The position numbers and the translations under genes are program-made. A DNA stretch of 64,000 bases from Candidatus Uhrbacteria bacterium (GTDB lineage: Bacteria; Patescibacteriota; Patescibacteriia; SG8-24): NCBI GenBank assembly GCA_016929435.1, contig JAFGIV010000013.1, positions 15,822-79,821 of the forward strand, read 5' to 3'. Positions 16,889 to 27,550 of the stretch are shown in pieces; position 1 is the stretch's first letter; each line of letters opens with the position of its first letter. A model generated the notes under the pieces. It saw only the letters and a list, made by a program, of their open reading frames with translations, was not told the origin of the DNA and ran no database searches.

Positions 16889-18211
16889 ATGTCCGACGAA
16901 CCGGATAAAAACCTGACGACCAGCCCCCTGTCCGGGTTCATGGAACTGCTCCCGGCCGAGCAGTTGGCCTTTAACCGTATATACGATACGATCCGCCGGT
17001 CGTATGAGGCGTTCGGGTTCATTCCGATCGATACGCCGGTTTTGGAGAGGGCGGAGGTCCTGTTGGCCAAGGCCGGTGGGGAGACCGAGAAGCAGATCTA
17101 CCGATTCCGGAAAGGGGATACCGATTTGGCGATGAGGTTCGACCTGACCGTGCCCTTGGCCCGTTACGTGGCCGAACACTGCGGTCAGCTGGTCCTCCCG
17201 TTCCGCCGTTACGCCATGGGAAAGGTCTATCGGGGAGAAAGGGCCCAAGCCGGACGGTTTCGGGAATTCTACCAGTGCGACATCGATGTCATCGGCGACG
17301 GCGAACTTGACCTCCGTTTCGATGCGGAGATTCCCAGCGTCATCCACATGATATTCCGGCAGTTGGGTTTCGAGAGGTTCACGATCCGAATAAACAACCG
17401 AAAGATTTTCGGCGGGCTGTTCCGGGGGTTGGGAATCGAGCGTCAGTCGGTCGGGATCATGCAGGCCGTTGACCGGCTGGAGAAGGTCGGTCCGGAAGCG
17501 GTCCGGAAGGAACTGGCGGAAATGGGACTGCCGGAACCGGCCATCGGCCGGCTGTTCGATTTCGTCGGTTTGGGGGGAACCTGCGACGAGATCATCGCCG
17601 GGTTGAGGAAAATGGGGATTGACGACGGGGGACTGGCCGAAGGGATCAGTGAGCTGGAGACAGTGGTCGGGGCAATCAGGCAATTCGGCGTTCCGGACGC
17701 CAATTTTGCGGTTGACCTGACGATCGCCCGCGGACTGGATTACTATACCGGTACCGTCTACGAGACCCGGTTGGACGATTATCCAGAAATCGGATCGGTC
17801 TGTTCGGGGGGGCGTTATGACGACCTGGCCAGCCACTACACCGACCGGAAACTGCCGGGAGTCGGCATTTCCATCGGCCTGACACGGCTGTTCGACCAGC
17901 TTTACCGGCGGGGGGTGCTGAAGACCGGGGGGTCCACGACCACCAAGGCGCTGATCCTGCCCATGACGGAGGATATGGGACACTGTTTCCGGTTGGCGAC
18001 CAGGTTGAGGGAAGCCGGCATTGCCACCGAGGTATCGTTCGTTTCCGGAAAGATGAAGAAACGCCTGGGTTACGCCGATCGGCTCGGCATCCCGTTCGTG
18101 GTTTTCGTGGGGGACGATGAAATCAGGAAGGGAACCTATACCCTTAAGGATTTCCGGGAAGGCGACCAGGAGGAGCTGACCGAGGCGGAGCTGATACGGA
18201 AGTTGGTTTGA
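16889..18211 (+). CDS. hisS: Histidyl-tRNA synthetase (copy 1, canonical length)
   Basis: Motif 2 YRGERAQAGRFREFYQCD, HisRS-specific GGRYDDL, C-terminal anticodon-binding domain. Confidence 0.9.
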   Translation: MSDEPDKNLTTSPLSGFMELLPAEQLAFNRIYDTIRRSYEAFGFIPIDTPVLERAEVLLAKAGGETEKQIYRFRKGDTDLAMRFDLTVPLARYVAEHCGQLVLPFRRYAMGKVYRGERAQAGRFREFYQCDIDVIGDGELDLRFDAEIPSVIHMIFRQLGFERFTIRINNRKIFGGLFRGLGIERQSVGIMQAVDRLEKVGPEAVRKELAEMGLPEPAIGRLFDFVGLGGTCDEIIAGLRKMGIDDGGLAEGISELETVVGAIRQFGVPDANFAVDLTIARGLDYYTGTVYETRLDDYPEIGSVCSGGRYDDLASHYTDRKLPGVGISIGLTRLFDQLYRRGVLKTGGSTTTKALILPMTEDMGHCFRLATRLREAGIATEVSFVSGKMKKRLGYADRLGIPFVVFVGDDEIRKGTYTLKDFREGDQEELTEAELIRKLV

Positions 18212-18311
18212 CCAATTCCGCTTCGGTACCAAAAACCAGCCTCCATCTCCCCGGTGCCCGTGTGGTCCGGCCGATGGCCGCGCCAAACCGTAGCTCCGAA
18301 GGGACAAGGGC

Positions 18312-18395
18312 TGGTGCCGCGAGTGGGACTTGAACCCACATGAGTTGCCTCGAGCGATTTTGAGTCGCTTGCGTCTGCCATTCCGCCATCGCGGC
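18312..18395 (-). tRNA. tRNA-Leu (anticodon CAA), long variable arm
   Basis: Reverse complement gccgcgatggcggaatggcagacgcaagcgactcaaaatcgct...ggttcaagtcccactcgcggcacca. Anticodon loop ctcaaaa, 84 nt with extended variable arm. Confidence 0.85.
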
Positions 18396-18503
18396 CGGTT
18401 TGTCCGGCGGGACCCTTCCTACCGGGATAAAATACTACCAATTGCGACGGTTGTCAAAAGCCGTCGATGCGGGTAAAGTAAACGGGATGGCAAATGCCTT
18501 TTT

Positions 18504-19274
18504 ATGGCCTATCTCATTTCCGTGGTCAACCAGAAGGGGGGTGTGGGAAAGACGACAACGGCCGTCAATTTGGCGTCGTGCCTGGCCCTAAAGGGCCGTT
18601 TTGTCCTGCTGGTGGATCTTGATCCGCAGTCCAACGCCACCTCCGGTCTGGGGATCGGACATCGCGGGTTGGAGAGGGGTCTGTATGAGGCGATAATTGG
18701 CCAGGTTCCGGTAAGGGACATAACGGTCGGTACCGCAATCGAGGGCCTGAAGGTCGCACCGTCCACCGCCGCCTTGGCCGGGGCGGCCGTGGAGCTGGTG
18801 GACGTCGAGCGGCGCGAATACCGGCTGGCGGAGGCCCTGGCCGACGTCCGAAACAGCTATGACTACATCATCATCGACTGTCCGCCGTCGTTGGGACTCC
18901 TGACCGTCAACGGACTGGTGGCGGCCGATCGCCTGCTGATTCCCGTACAGGCCGAGTACTACGCCCTGGAGGGGCTGAGTCAGCTGCTTCGGACCATTGA
19001 CCTGGTCCGTTCCGGCCTGCGGCCGGAACTGGACGTGATGGGGGCGGTTTTGACGATGTTCGACAGCCGCAACCGACTGTCCAACGATGTCCTGAACGAG
19101 CTGAACAGGTTTTTCCCCAACCGGATATTCAAGGCGGTCATCCCCCGGAACATTCGGCTGGCGGAAGCGCCCAGTTTCGGCCAGCCGATCGTCCAGTACG
19201 ATCCCTGGTCAAAGGGGGCCAAGGCCTACGAACAGCTGACCCAAGAGATATTGGAAATGGAACAGAACATTTAG
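18504..19274 (+). CDS. parA: Chromosome partitioning ATPase ParA/Soj
   Basis: Deviant Walker A KGGVGKTT; followed by parB. Confidence 0.9.
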   Translation: MAYLISVVNQKGGVGKTTTAVNLASCLALKGRFVLLVDLDPQSNATSGLGIGHRGLERGLYEAIIGQVPVRDITVGTAIEGLKVAPSTAALAGAAVELVDVERREYRLAEALADVRNSYDYIIIDCPPSLGLLTVNGLVAADRLLIPVQAEYYALEGLSQLLRTIDLVRSGLRPELDVMGAVLTMFDSRNRLSNDVLNELNRFFPNRIFKAVIPRNIRLAEAPSFGQPIVQYDPWSKGAKAYEQLTQEILEMEQNI

Positions 19275-19277
19275 GTT

Positions 19278-20168
19278 ATGGCCAAAAGACCTTCCGGTCT
19301 CGGTCGCGGACTTGATTCGCTGATTCCGAGCCAAGACAAGACTGCCGCATCCGGCGTTGCCCTGAAGACCGTCCCTGACCGGTCCGGCGACGGATCGGTG
19401 AGGGTGCCGATCTCCGCCGTCATCGCCAATCCGGACCAGCCCCGAGTGGCCTTCAGGCACCATGAGCTGGAGGAGCTGACCGATTCGATTCGGGAACACG
19501 GGATAATCCAGCCCCTGACCGTTACCCCGAACGCTGACGGGACATACGAGCTGATTGCCGGGGAACGCCGCCTTAGGGCCGCCAAGATGGCGGGACTGGA
19601 GTCCGTACCGGTCATGGTCCGGCAGTCCGTCGGCAACCGGGAGAGGCTGATCCTGGCCTTGATCGAGAACATCCAGCGGGAAGACCTGAATCCCGTAGAG
19701 GAGGCGGCGGCATATGACCGGATGTCCAGGGAGTTCGGGATGAAGCAGGAGGATATCGCCAAGAAGGTCGGGAAGGCCCGATCCACGGTCGCCAACACTC
19801 TGCGTCTCCTGGAGCTTCCGTCCGAGATCAGGGAAGCGATTTCCGAGGGGGTGGTGGCGGCCGGGACGGCCCGGGCCATCCTTAGCCTGAAGGACGACGA
19901 AAGCCGGATGGCCTTCTTCCGGAAGATGATGGACAGGGGCGGGGTCATGACCACCCGGCAGGCCGAATCCACGGTCCGACGCTCGTCCGCCGGCAATACC
20001 CGTCGGCGAAAGGATCCGGCCGTGACCGCTGCCGAGGAGCGTATCCGCAACTGTTTGGGCACCAGGATCGACATCAAGAAGAAGGGGAGCAAGGGGTCGA
20101 TCGTCATCGGATTCTATTCGGAGGAGGAGTTCGGGAAGCTGGTGGGGAAACTGGAGGGGTGCAAATAG
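19278..20168 (+). CDS. parB: Chromosome partitioning protein ParB/Spo0J
   Basis: ParB box (GERRLRAAK), HTH region, C-terminal dimerisation region. Confidence 0.9.
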   Translation: MAKRPSGLGRGLDSLIPSQDKTAASGVALKTVPDRSGDGSVRVPISAVIANPDQPRVAFRHHELEELTDSIREHGIIQPLTVTPNADGTYELIAGERRLRAAKMAGLESVPVMVRQSVGNRERLILALIENIQREDLNPVEEAAAYDRMSREFGMKQEDIAKKVGKARSTVANTLRLLELPSEIREAISEGVVAAGTARAILSLKDDESRMAFFRKMMDRGGVMTTRQAESTVRRSSAGNTRRRKDPAVTAAEERIRNCLGTRIDIKKKGSKGSIVIGFYSEEEFGKLVGKLEGCK

Positions 20169-20234
20169 GGGGCCGTCCATTCCCGCAAATTCACGTTCAA
20201 GCAAGAAAAAGCCGGGCAAAACGTCCGGTCTTTT

Positions 20235-21824
20235 CTATCTCCTTCTCTTTCCCCTTGCCGTCGGTTTGGCCGATGGGGACCTGGCGGGGGCAGGTTTGGC
20301 GGACGGGGTGTCCGGACCGGACGGGCCGGGCGGGGCGGTTTCCTTCAGCCATTCGGACAGGCGCGACTTGTTGGCGGAGCGGATGCGGTTCTTGGCGGCG
20401 GTCGTTTTCACGAAGTCCAGCCAATCCGGGTTGGGTGACTTGCGGTTCCGGTCAGTGGTCACCTCACAGCAGTCGCCGGAGGACAGCGGCGTGTCCAGGC
20501 TGACGATCTGGTCGTTGATCCTGGCGCCCACGCATGTGTTCCCCATTTGGGTATGGATGGCATAGGCGAAATCCACCGGAGTCGCCCCTTCAGGCAGGTC
20601 GATGACGTCTCCCTTGGGGGTGAAGACGAAAATGCGACTATGGAAGATGTCGATTTTAGCCCCGATTTTCGGCCCGTCCGTCGAAATCCTCGGCCCGGAT
20701 GGGGCGGATCCGGACAGGTCCCTGACCCAGGAGAGCTGGTCGCTGATCCGGGCGGAAGCCCTCTTCCCGTCCTCGTCATACTGCCAGTGGGCGGCAATGC
20801 CCCGTTCCGCCTCCTCGTGCATTTCCTCGGTCCTGATCTGGAACTCCACCACCTCCCCGTCCTCACAGAATACGGTGGTGTGGAGGGAGCGGTAGCTGTT
20901 CGGTTTCGGGGCGGCGATATAGTCCTTGAACCGTCCCTTCATCGGTTTCCAGGCCTGGTGGATGGCGCCGAGGGCGGCGTAGCAGTCGGCTACCTGCGGG
21001 ACGATTATCCGAAGGGCAATCAGGTCATGGATCCGATCGATGTCCCGATCGTATTTCAGCAGCTTGCGGTAAAGGCTGTAGAGGTGTTTGGTCCGCCCTT
21101 GGACGGAGACAAAGGGGATGTTGGCCTCGTTCAGTCTCTTGCGGAGGAGGTGCTGGATCCGGTTAATGTAACCGGAACGGACCTTAACGGCCGCTTGGGC
21201 CAGTCGGGAGACCCACTCGTATTCCTTCGGCATGGCATGGCGGAAGGCCAGGTCCTCTATCTTGGTCTTGATGTCATACATGCCTAGGCGATTGGCAATC
21301 GGTGAGAATATTTCCAGGGACTCCAGGGCGATCCGGATCCGCTTTTCCGGGGGCAGGGAACCGAGAGTTTCCAGGTTATGCATCCGATCCGCGAACTTCA
21401 CCAGGATTACCCTGATGTCGGAGGCCATTGCCACGAACATCTTCCGGAGGTTTTCCACGTAGCGGTCTATGCCGCGATACTTGATTTTCCCCAGTTTGGT
21501 GATGCCGGCCACCATGGAGGCGATGTCCTCCCCGAAGTCTTTCCGGATGTCATCAACCGTCTTTTCGGTGTCCTCCGGGACGTCGTGGAGCAGTCCGGTC
21601 ACGATGATCGGGACCGGCAGGCGCATTTCCGCCAGGTGTTCCGCTGTCCGCAGGCAATGGGCGATATACGGCTCGCCGGAGGCCCGTTTCTGCCCGGCGT
21701 GGGCCTCCTTGGCGTAATCGAAAGCCAGCCGGATCGTGTCCAGGTCAGCCTTGGGGTTGTTGGCCTTGGCTTTGGCCAGCAGGTTTTGGCATCCCGTTTC
21801 CTCCATATGTCCCGTTATTGGCAT
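20235..21824 (-). CDS. Bifunctional (p)ppGpp synthetase/hydrolase RelA/SpoT homolog, short form
   Basis: HD hydrolase domain (HD...HDVPED), synthetase domain and TGS-like C-terminus. The six-frame ORF extends to 21965; the internal Met at 21824 or 21806 is more plausible. Confidence 0.8.
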   Translation of the reverse strand: MPITGHMEETGCQNLLAKAKANNPKADLDTIRLAFDYAKEAHAGQKRASGEPYIAHCLRTAEHLAEMRLPVPIIVTGLLHDVPEDTEKTVDDIRKDFGEDIASMVAGITKLGKIKYRGIDRYVENLRKMFVAMASDIRVILVKFADRMHNLETLGSLPPEKRIRIALESLEIFSPIANRLGMYDIKTKIEDLAFRHAMPKEYEWVSRLAQAAVKVRSGYINRIQHLLRKRLNEANIPFVSVQGRTKHLYSLYRKLLKYDRDIDRIHDLIALRIIVPQVADCYAALGAIHQAWKPMKGRFKDYIAAPKPNSYRSLHTTVFCEDGEVVEFQIRTEEMHEEAERGIAAHWQYDEDGKRASARISDQLSWVRDLSGSAPSGPRISTDGPKIGAKIDIFHSRIFVFTPKGDVIDLPEGATPVDFAYAIHTQMGNTCVGARINDQIVSLDTPLSSGDCCEVTTDRNRKSPNPDWLDFVKTTAAKNRIRSANKSRLSEWLKETAPPGPSGPDTPSAKPAPARSPSAKPTARGKRRR

Positions 21825-21876
21825 TGTAGCCGCTGTTGGCCGACATTTCAAAATCCCCCGGGGTTGGGGGGCCATC

Positions 21877-21906
21877 AAAAAGCGGGCCTTCGAGCCCGCT
21901 TTTTTC
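21877..21906 (-). terminator. Intrinsic terminator of topA (minus strand)
   Basis: agcgggc-cttcga-gcccgct flanked by A/T tracts, immediately downstream of the topA stop. Confidence 0.6.
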
Positions 21907-21910
21907 TCCC

Positions 21911-24178
21911 CTATTCCTCCCCCTTCTCGATGTCCTTCTCGAACCCGCATTCCTTGTTGGAGCATTTGGCCCTGTCTCCCTTGGCGAAGGTCAGGAGCGA
22001 TCGGCAGGATGGGCAGGTCTCACCGGTCGGGCGGTTCCAGAGGGCGAACTTGCAGGATGGGTACCGGGAACAGGCATAGAATACCCGCCCGGTCCGCGTC
22101 CGTTTCTCGGCGATGTCCCCTTCCCCGCATTCCGGACATTTTACGCCGGTCTTCTTGACCAGGGGCTTGATTGACTTGCAGTCCGGATAGGCGGAACAGC
22201 TCAGGAACTCGCCGAACCGGCCCCGACGGACCACCATGTCCGCCCCGCACTTTTCGCATTTCTCGTCTGTCCTGTTCGTGCCGTCGTTCGGCATCCCCGG
22301 TTCCGTTCCCGGCAGGGGCCGGGAGCTCTTGCATTCCGGGAAACCGGAACAGGCCAGGAATTTCCCGAACCGGCCGATCTTTATCAGCATCGGCTTTCCG
22401 CACTTTTCGCAGGTTTCCCCCTCGGCCGGTTCGGATGCCCGTTTCGGTACCGTAGCCTCCTTTTCCTTCAGGCTGGCCTCGAACGGCCGATAGAAATTCT
22501 CGATGACCGGTTCCCATTCCTTTTCCCCTTCGGCGATCTCGTCCAGACGCTCCTCCATTCCGGCGGTGAACTTGACGTCAACGATGTTCGGAAAGTGCTC
22601 GACCAGCAGGTCCGTAACGATGGAGGCCAGCTCGGTCGGCTGAAGGGCCTTCCCCTCCTTTTGGACATAGCCGCGATCGACGATCGTGCTGATGATCGGG
22701 GCGTAGGTGGACGGTCGCCCGATGGCGTTCTCCTCCAGGGCCTTGACCAGGGAGGCCTCGTTGTAGCGGGGAGGCGGTTCGGTGAAGTGCTGTTTGGGGT
22801 CGATGCCCAGGGTCTCCAGCGCCTGTCCCTCGTCCATCTCCGGCAGGATGACCATGTCCGCGTCCTTCTCGTACAGGATGCGGTACCCTTCCCTTACCAC
22901 GATCTTGCCGTTGGCCCGGAATCCGCCGGTGAAACCGTCGGCCGTAGCCCGGATTTCCGCCGAGGTGGTCAGCATCTCGGCGTCAACCATCTGGCTGGCG
23001 ACGGCCCGGCGCCAGATCAGCTCGTAGAGTTTCCTTTGGCGCTCGTTCAGGTGAGCCCTGACGTCGTTCGGGTGGCGCAGGACATCGGTCGGGCGGATGG
23101 CCTCGTGGGCCTCTTGGGCGTTTTTCGACTTGGTCTTGAAGCGGCGCGGGCTGTCGGGGACGGAATCCCCGCCGTGGCTTGATTGGAGGTAGCTGCGGCA
23201 CTCCTCGATGAACTTTTCGGCCAGGTTGACCGAATCGGTCCTCATGTAGGTGATGAGACCGACATGCTCGCCGCCGATGTCAATGCCCTCATACAGCTGT
23301 TGGGCCAGCATCATGGTCATCTTGGCCGAGAAGTTCAGCTTGTTGTTGGCGTCCTGCTGCAGCGTGGAGGTGGTGTAGGGGGGCGGCGGGGCCCGGAAGA
23401 CGGTCTTTTTCTCCGTCCGGCCGACCCTCCATTCCGCGTCCTTCAGGCCGTCAATTACGGTTTGGGAGGATTTTTCGTCCGGCAGGCCGAACTTGTCCAG
23501 CGGCCTGTCGTTCACGCTCACCAGTTTGGCCAGGAAATTCGGGCCATCGGTCTTGGACTTTCGGAGGTTGGCCTCGATGGTCCAGTATTCCTGGGGCTTG
23601 AAGGCCCCTATTTCCCGTTCCCGCTCGACGATCAGGCGGACGGCAACCGACTGTACCCGTCCGGCGGACAGTCCCCGGGCGACCTTTTTCCAGAGAAAGG
23701 GGGAGAGCCTGTAGCCGACCAGCCGATCCAGGATGCGGCGGGCCTGTTGGGCATCCACCAGGTGACGGTCGATGTTTCGGGGATTGGCCAGGGCCGCATC
23801 GATGGCGCTTTTCGTTATCTCATGGAAAGTGATGCGGTTGGATTTCCCCTCCTTGAGCCCGAGGAGTTCGGACAGGTGCCAGGCGATGGCCTCCCCCTCC
23901 CGGTCCTCATCCGATGCGAAATAGACGGCGTTTGACTTGGCCGCCTCCTTCTTCAGTTCAGAGGCGACCTTTTTTGATTTGGTGGGGATGACGTAACGGG
24001 GCCTGAACCCGTTTTCCGTGTCGATTCCCAGCTCTTTTTTGGGCAGGTCGCGGATATGCCCGAAAGAGGACATGACCTTAAAGCCACTGCCCAGAAACTT
24101 GGAGATCGTCTTGGCTTTGGTCGGGGACTCGACGATCACCAGCGATTTTTTGCTCGGCATAGTTCGTTCGGTATTCAT
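21911..24178 (-). CDS. topA: DNA topoisomerase I with C-terminal zinc-ribbon repeats
   Basis: TOPRIM N-terminus (LVIVESPTKAKTI); multiple C-terminal C4 ribbons (CEKCGKPM..., CEKCGADMV..., CPECGEG...). Confidence 0.93.
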   Translation of the reverse strand: MNTERTMPSKKSLVIVESPTKAKTISKFLGSGFKVMSSFGHIRDLPKKELGIDTENGFRPRYVIPTKSKKVASELKKEAAKSNAVYFASDEDREGEAIAWHLSELLGLKEGKSNRITFHEITKSAIDAALANPRNIDRHLVDAQQARRILDRLVGYRLSPFLWKKVARGLSAGRVQSVAVRLIVEREREIGAFKPQEYWTIEANLRKSKTDGPNFLAKLVSVNDRPLDKFGLPDEKSSQTVIDGLKDAEWRVGRTEKKTVFRAPPPPYTTSTLQQDANNKLNFSAKMTMMLAQQLYEGIDIGGEHVGLITYMRTDSVNLAEKFIEECRSYLQSSHGGDSVPDSPRRFKTKSKNAQEAHEAIRPTDVLRHPNDVRAHLNERQRKLYELIWRRAVASQMVDAEMLTTSAEIRATADGFTGGFRANGKIVVREGYRILYEKDADMVILPEMDEGQALETLGIDPKQHFTEPPPRYNEASLVKALEENAIGRPSTYAPIISTIVDRGYVQKEGKALQPTELASIVTDLLVEHFPNIVDVKFTAGMEERLDEIAEGEKEWEPVIENFYRPFEASLKEKEATVPKRASEPAEGETCEKCGKPMLIKIGRFGKFLACSGFPECKSSRPLPGTEPGMPNDGTNRTDEKCEKCGADMVVRRGRFGEFLSCSAYPDCKSIKPLVKKTGVKCPECGEGDIAEKRTRTGRVFYACSRYPSCKFALWNRPTGETCPSCRSLLTFAKGDRAKCSNKECGFEKDIEKGEE

Positions 24179-24221
24179 TATATAATCCGGAACAGGCGGA
24201 CTGACTTACATTAAATGACAG

Positions 24222-25322
24222 TCAGGCCAGACTGTCAACAACAAGGTCATAACTGTCCCCTTGGCGCCGGACATGCCCGTTCAGCTCAAGTTCGGTTAGG
24301 GCAGCCATCGTTTCGGAAGGTTGCCGCCCGGTCTTCTCTATGATCAGGTCAACGGGAAACGGCTCCTTGGCCAGGAATTCCATGATCGTTTCCGCAACGG
24401 GAGAAAGTTTTCCCGGCCGTTTCCGTCCGCATTCGGGGGTGATTCCGTAGTGTCCCACTATGGCCTGGGCGGATATGGCCGGCAGGGCCCCTTCGGCCAG
24501 CAGGCGGTTGGTTCCGGCGGACAGGCTTTGGCTGATGGGTCCGGGGACGGCCCAGACGTCGCGGTTGGATTCCAGGGCGCATTCGGCGGTGATCAGGGCC
24601 CCGGATTTTTCGGCTGCCTCCACGACCACCGTGCCGACGGTCATCCCGGCGATGATCCGGTTGCGGCGTGGGAAACGGAAGCGGTCCGGGCGGGTCAGGG
24701 GAGGGAATTCGGAAACCAGGACTCCGCCGCTTTCGGCAATACTTTCCGCTAGGGCCGCATTTTCCTTCGGACCGACGGTTTGGGCGTCAACCCCGCCGGC
24801 CAGGACAGCCACGGTTTTTCCGTTGGCCCGGAGGGTCGTGGCGTGGGCCTCGGCATCCACCCCCATCGCCAACCCGCTGACTATCGGGACGCCGGCTTGG
24901 GACAGCGGGCCGCAGAGCATGCGGACCGCCGTTTCCCCGTAGCGGGTCATGCTTCGCGTTCCGACGATCGCCAGGGCCGGGCTGTCCGACAGGATTCCCG
25001 CATTTCCCCGGACGAACAGGATGAACGGCGGGTCACTGATCTGTTTCAGGAGTTCCGGATAGCGGGGGTCGCCATGGGTAATGGTCTGCACTCCCGTTTT
25101 TTTCAGCAACTCGATCTCGTCTTTCGGGTCGGTGACCCTTCTCCGTTCGATGAATTTAGCCGTGGACTTTTCCCCGGCCCCGGCCTTGGTCAGGGCATCA
25201 GTCCCGGATTTCCAGATTCTTTCGGCACTACCCAACTTGGACAGCAGCTTTCTGACCGTGTTGGGGCCGTATGCATCGGTTCGGGCCAGGGCAATAAGGT
25301 AGGGAAGGTCTTGGTCTGTCAT
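24222..25322 (-). CDS. dprA: DNA processing protein DprA/Smf
   Basis: Rossmann-like DprA core (ALAIVGTRSMTRYGE...GVDAEAH...) plus C-terminal winged-helix region. Confidence 0.85.
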   Translation of the reverse strand: MTDQDLPYLIALARTDAYGPNTVRKLLSKLGSAERIWKSGTDALTKAGAGEKSTAKFIERRRVTDPKDEIELLKKTGVQTITHGDPRYPELLKQISDPPFILFVRGNAGILSDSPALAIVGTRSMTRYGETAVRMLCGPLSQAGVPIVSGLAMGVDAEAHATTLRANGKTVAVLAGGVDAQTVGPKENAALAESIAESGGVLVSEFPPLTRPDRFRFPRRNRIIAGMTVGTVVVEAAEKSGALITAECALESNRDVWAVPGPISQSLSAGTNRLLAEGALPAISAQAIVGHYGITPECGRKRPGKLSPVAETIMEFLAKEPFPVDLIIEKTGRQPSETMAALTELELNGHVRRQGDSYDLVVDSLA

Positions 25323-25470
25323 GTCCGTTCGGTTAATCGGCGGAGACCTTAGGTCAGATTCAGGGAGCTGTCAAATCGAGTTTTTTGCTTATTTTAAGCA
25401 ATCTGACCGGATGGGTATGTCGGCAACCGGTGTGGATTGGTTGGGGGTTGGGGATAATTTTTTAAGGCAG

Positions 25471-25499
25471 GGGACAGTCCCCAGCTTAAATTTTTAAGC
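25471..25499. repeat. REP-like palindrome copy
   Basis: ttaaggcaggggacagtccccagcttaaa. Confidence 0.65.
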
Positions 25500-25559
25500 T
25501 TCTTCCCTATTTTTGCCCTATTCCCGTTTCAACCCGGATTTCGGGCCGTAAAAAAACAA

Positions 25560-25578
25560 GCCGGGGACTGTCCCCGGC
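25560..25578. repeat. REP-like palindrome copy (short form gccggggactgtccccggc)
   Basis: Perfect 19-bp palindrome with the same GGGGACTGTCCCC core; forms a doublet with the 25471 copy. Confidence 0.55.
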
Positions 25579-25581
25579 CCG

Positions 25582-26163
25582 TCAGTTAAATTTTCCCATC
25601 GCCGATTCCGGGCCGTCGGCCAGTAGCGTCCTCACCGCTTCGGCGGCCCGTTCGGCGGCCGCCTTCAGTTCGGCCAACTCTTCGGCGGACGGCCGACCGA
25701 GGACAAAATCCGCAGCCTCGGACCGTTTGGACGTTTCCGTCCCGATCCCGATCCTCAACCGGGGGAAATCCCGGGTCCCCAGCCGTTCGATGATCGATTT
25801 CAGTCCGTTGTGCCCGCCGGCCGAACCGGACAGACGCAGCCGCAGCCGCCCCAGGGGGATATCCTTCTCGTCAGCGATCACCAGGATGCGGTCCGGATTG
25901 ATCTTGTGGAAGGAGGCGATGGCCGCCACTGCCTGCCCGGACAGGTTCATGAAAGTTTGGGGAAAGGCCAGCATGACCTTCCGTCCGGCCAGTCGGCCTT
26001 TGGCGGTCAGGGCCTTGAACTTTCGGTTCATTGCCAGGGATCCGAAACCGTCGCCGTGCCTCCTTAGGATGGCCTCAATGGCCATGGCGCCGGCGTTGTG
26101 CCGGGTCTGGGCGTATTCCGGTCCGGGATTGCCCAAACCGACGATCAGCCAATCCATGGCCGA
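25582..26163 (-). CDS. pth: Peptidyl-tRNA hydrolase
   Basis: MDWLIVGLGNPGPEY..., canonical Pth N-terminus. The six-frame ORF extends to 26220; the Met at 26163 is preferred. Confidence 0.85.
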   Translation of the reverse strand, partial: SAMDWLIVGLGNPGPEYAQTRHNAGAMAIEAILRRHGDGFGSLAMNRKFKALTAKGRLAGRKVMLAFPQTFMNLSGQAVAAIASFHKINPDRILVIADEKDIPLGRLRLRLSGSAGGHNGLKSIIERLGTRDFPRLRIGIGTETSKRSEAADFVLGRPSAEELAELKAAAERAAEAVRTLLADGPESAMGKFN

Positions 26164-26167
26164 TCCG

Positions 26168-27550
26168 CTACCGCTTGATTTCCCGGACAGCCAGCCGGAT
26201 AGGAGTGCCCTCAAAGCCATACTCGTCGCGTATCCGGTTTTCCACGAACCGGATGTAATTGGGGTGAATCGTCTCCTTTTTCTTTACGGTCATGGTGATC
26301 TCCGGCGGTTCGGTGCCGGTCTGCTTGAGGCCATAGACCTTCGGGCGGGCCATGCCTTTCTTGAATGCGGTGTGGTGGATCCGCTGCATCCTTTCGAAGA
26401 AGGCATCCAGGTCCGGCTGCCCTATCACCCGTCGGCGCTGCTCCAGGACCTTCAGGGCCATGGGGATGACCTTGTTGACCCCGCGGCCGGTCTTGGCCGA
26501 GACGAACAGGAGGGGGGACCAGGCGCAGAAGGGCATGGAAACGGCGAGGTGTTGGCGGAACTCCTCGGCATCACCGATCCTTTTTTCCTCCGCAATGTCC
26601 CACTTGTTGGCGACTACGACGATGCCGACCCGGCTGTCCTCTATCAGGCCGGTCAGCCGTTTCTCTTGGGCGCTGATCCCCTCTGCGGCATCGACCATCA
26701 GCAGGGCGACGTCGGCCTGGCGCATCTCGTTGAAGCTCATTCCGACCCCGGTATGCTCGATTCCCGGTTCCACCTTGGCCTGCTTGCGGATCCCGACCGT
26801 ATCGAATATCCGGACGTTTTTTCGCTCGCCGCTTTCCGGGTCGTCGAAGGCGATCATGGTGTCCTGCGGTTCCTTGGTGGTGTGGGCGATCTCGCTGACG
26901 ATCACCCGTTCCTCCCCGGCCAGGGCGTTCAGGAGGGAGGACTTGCCCACGTTCGGCTTCCCGATCAGGACCATCTTCAGGTCCGGTTCGGGAATCGGCA
27001 CCGAATCCAGCTTCCTTTCCCTGATTTTCTCGATCAGGACATCGAGCATGTCGCCGACTCCGGAGCCGTTGATGGCCGAGCAGGGCAATGGTTTTCCCAA
27101 CCCCAACCTCATCCAGTCCGGGGATTCCGCCCTGCGGCGGGAGTTGGGGCTGTCCGCCTTGTTGGTGACGAGCAGGATCGGTTTTTTGGACTGGAGCAGG
27201 TGCTTGGACAGGGCGCGGTCCTGGGGCATGATGCCGGCAGTGGCGTCGGTCAGCATTAGGATGATGTCGGCCTTGGCCATGGCCGATTCGGCCTGCCGCT
27301 TCAGGGCCTCTTCCGTGGCCCGGTCCGATGTCAGGTCCAGTCCGGCCGTATCGATGGTCGTGACCGTCACTCCCCGCCACTCGAAGCTGCCGTAGTTGAG
27401 GTCCCGGGTGGTCCCTTCCTTGCCGGAAGTTATCGCCTTGCGTCTTTCCAGCAGGCGGTTGAACATGGTGGATTTTCCGGTGTTCGGCCGGCCGACGATG
27501 GCGACGACCGGGGTCAGTTTCAGGCGTGTGTCCATAATGGTTTCTGTCAT
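26168..27550 (-). CDS. der: Ribosome-associated GTPase Der/EngA
   Basis: Two tandem GTPase domains (GRPNTGKST and GKPNVGKSS P-loops) plus C-terminal KH-like domain. Confidence 0.9.
   Translation of the reverse strand: MTETIMDTRLKLTPVVAIVGRPNTGKSTMFNRLLERRKAITSGKEGTTRDLNYGSFEWRGVTVTTIDTAGLDLTSDRATEEALKRQAESAMAKADIILMLTDATAGIMPQDRALSKHLLQSKKPILLVTNKADSPNSRRRAESPDWMRLGLGKPLPCSAINGSGVGDMLDVLIEKIRERKLDSVPIPEPDLKMVLIGKPNVGKSSLLNALAGEERVIVSEIAHTTKEPQDTMIAFDDPESGERKNVRIFDTVGIRKQAKVEPGIEHTGVGMSFNEMRQADVALLMVDAAEGISAQEKRLTGLIEDSRVGIVVVANKWDIAEEKRIGDAEEFRQHLAVSMPFCAWSPLLFVSAKTGRGVNKVIPMALKVLEQRRRVIGQPDLDAFFERMQRIHHTAFKKGMARPKVYGLKQTGTEPPEITMTVKKKETIHPNYIRFVENRIRDEYGFEGTPIRLAVREIKR

Noticed and set aside
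21825-21965. N-terminal 47-aa extension of the RelA/SpoT ORF
   Set aside because: The extension overlaps the topA terminator region and is Gly/Arg-rich low complexity. The HD domain begins shortly after the internal Met.
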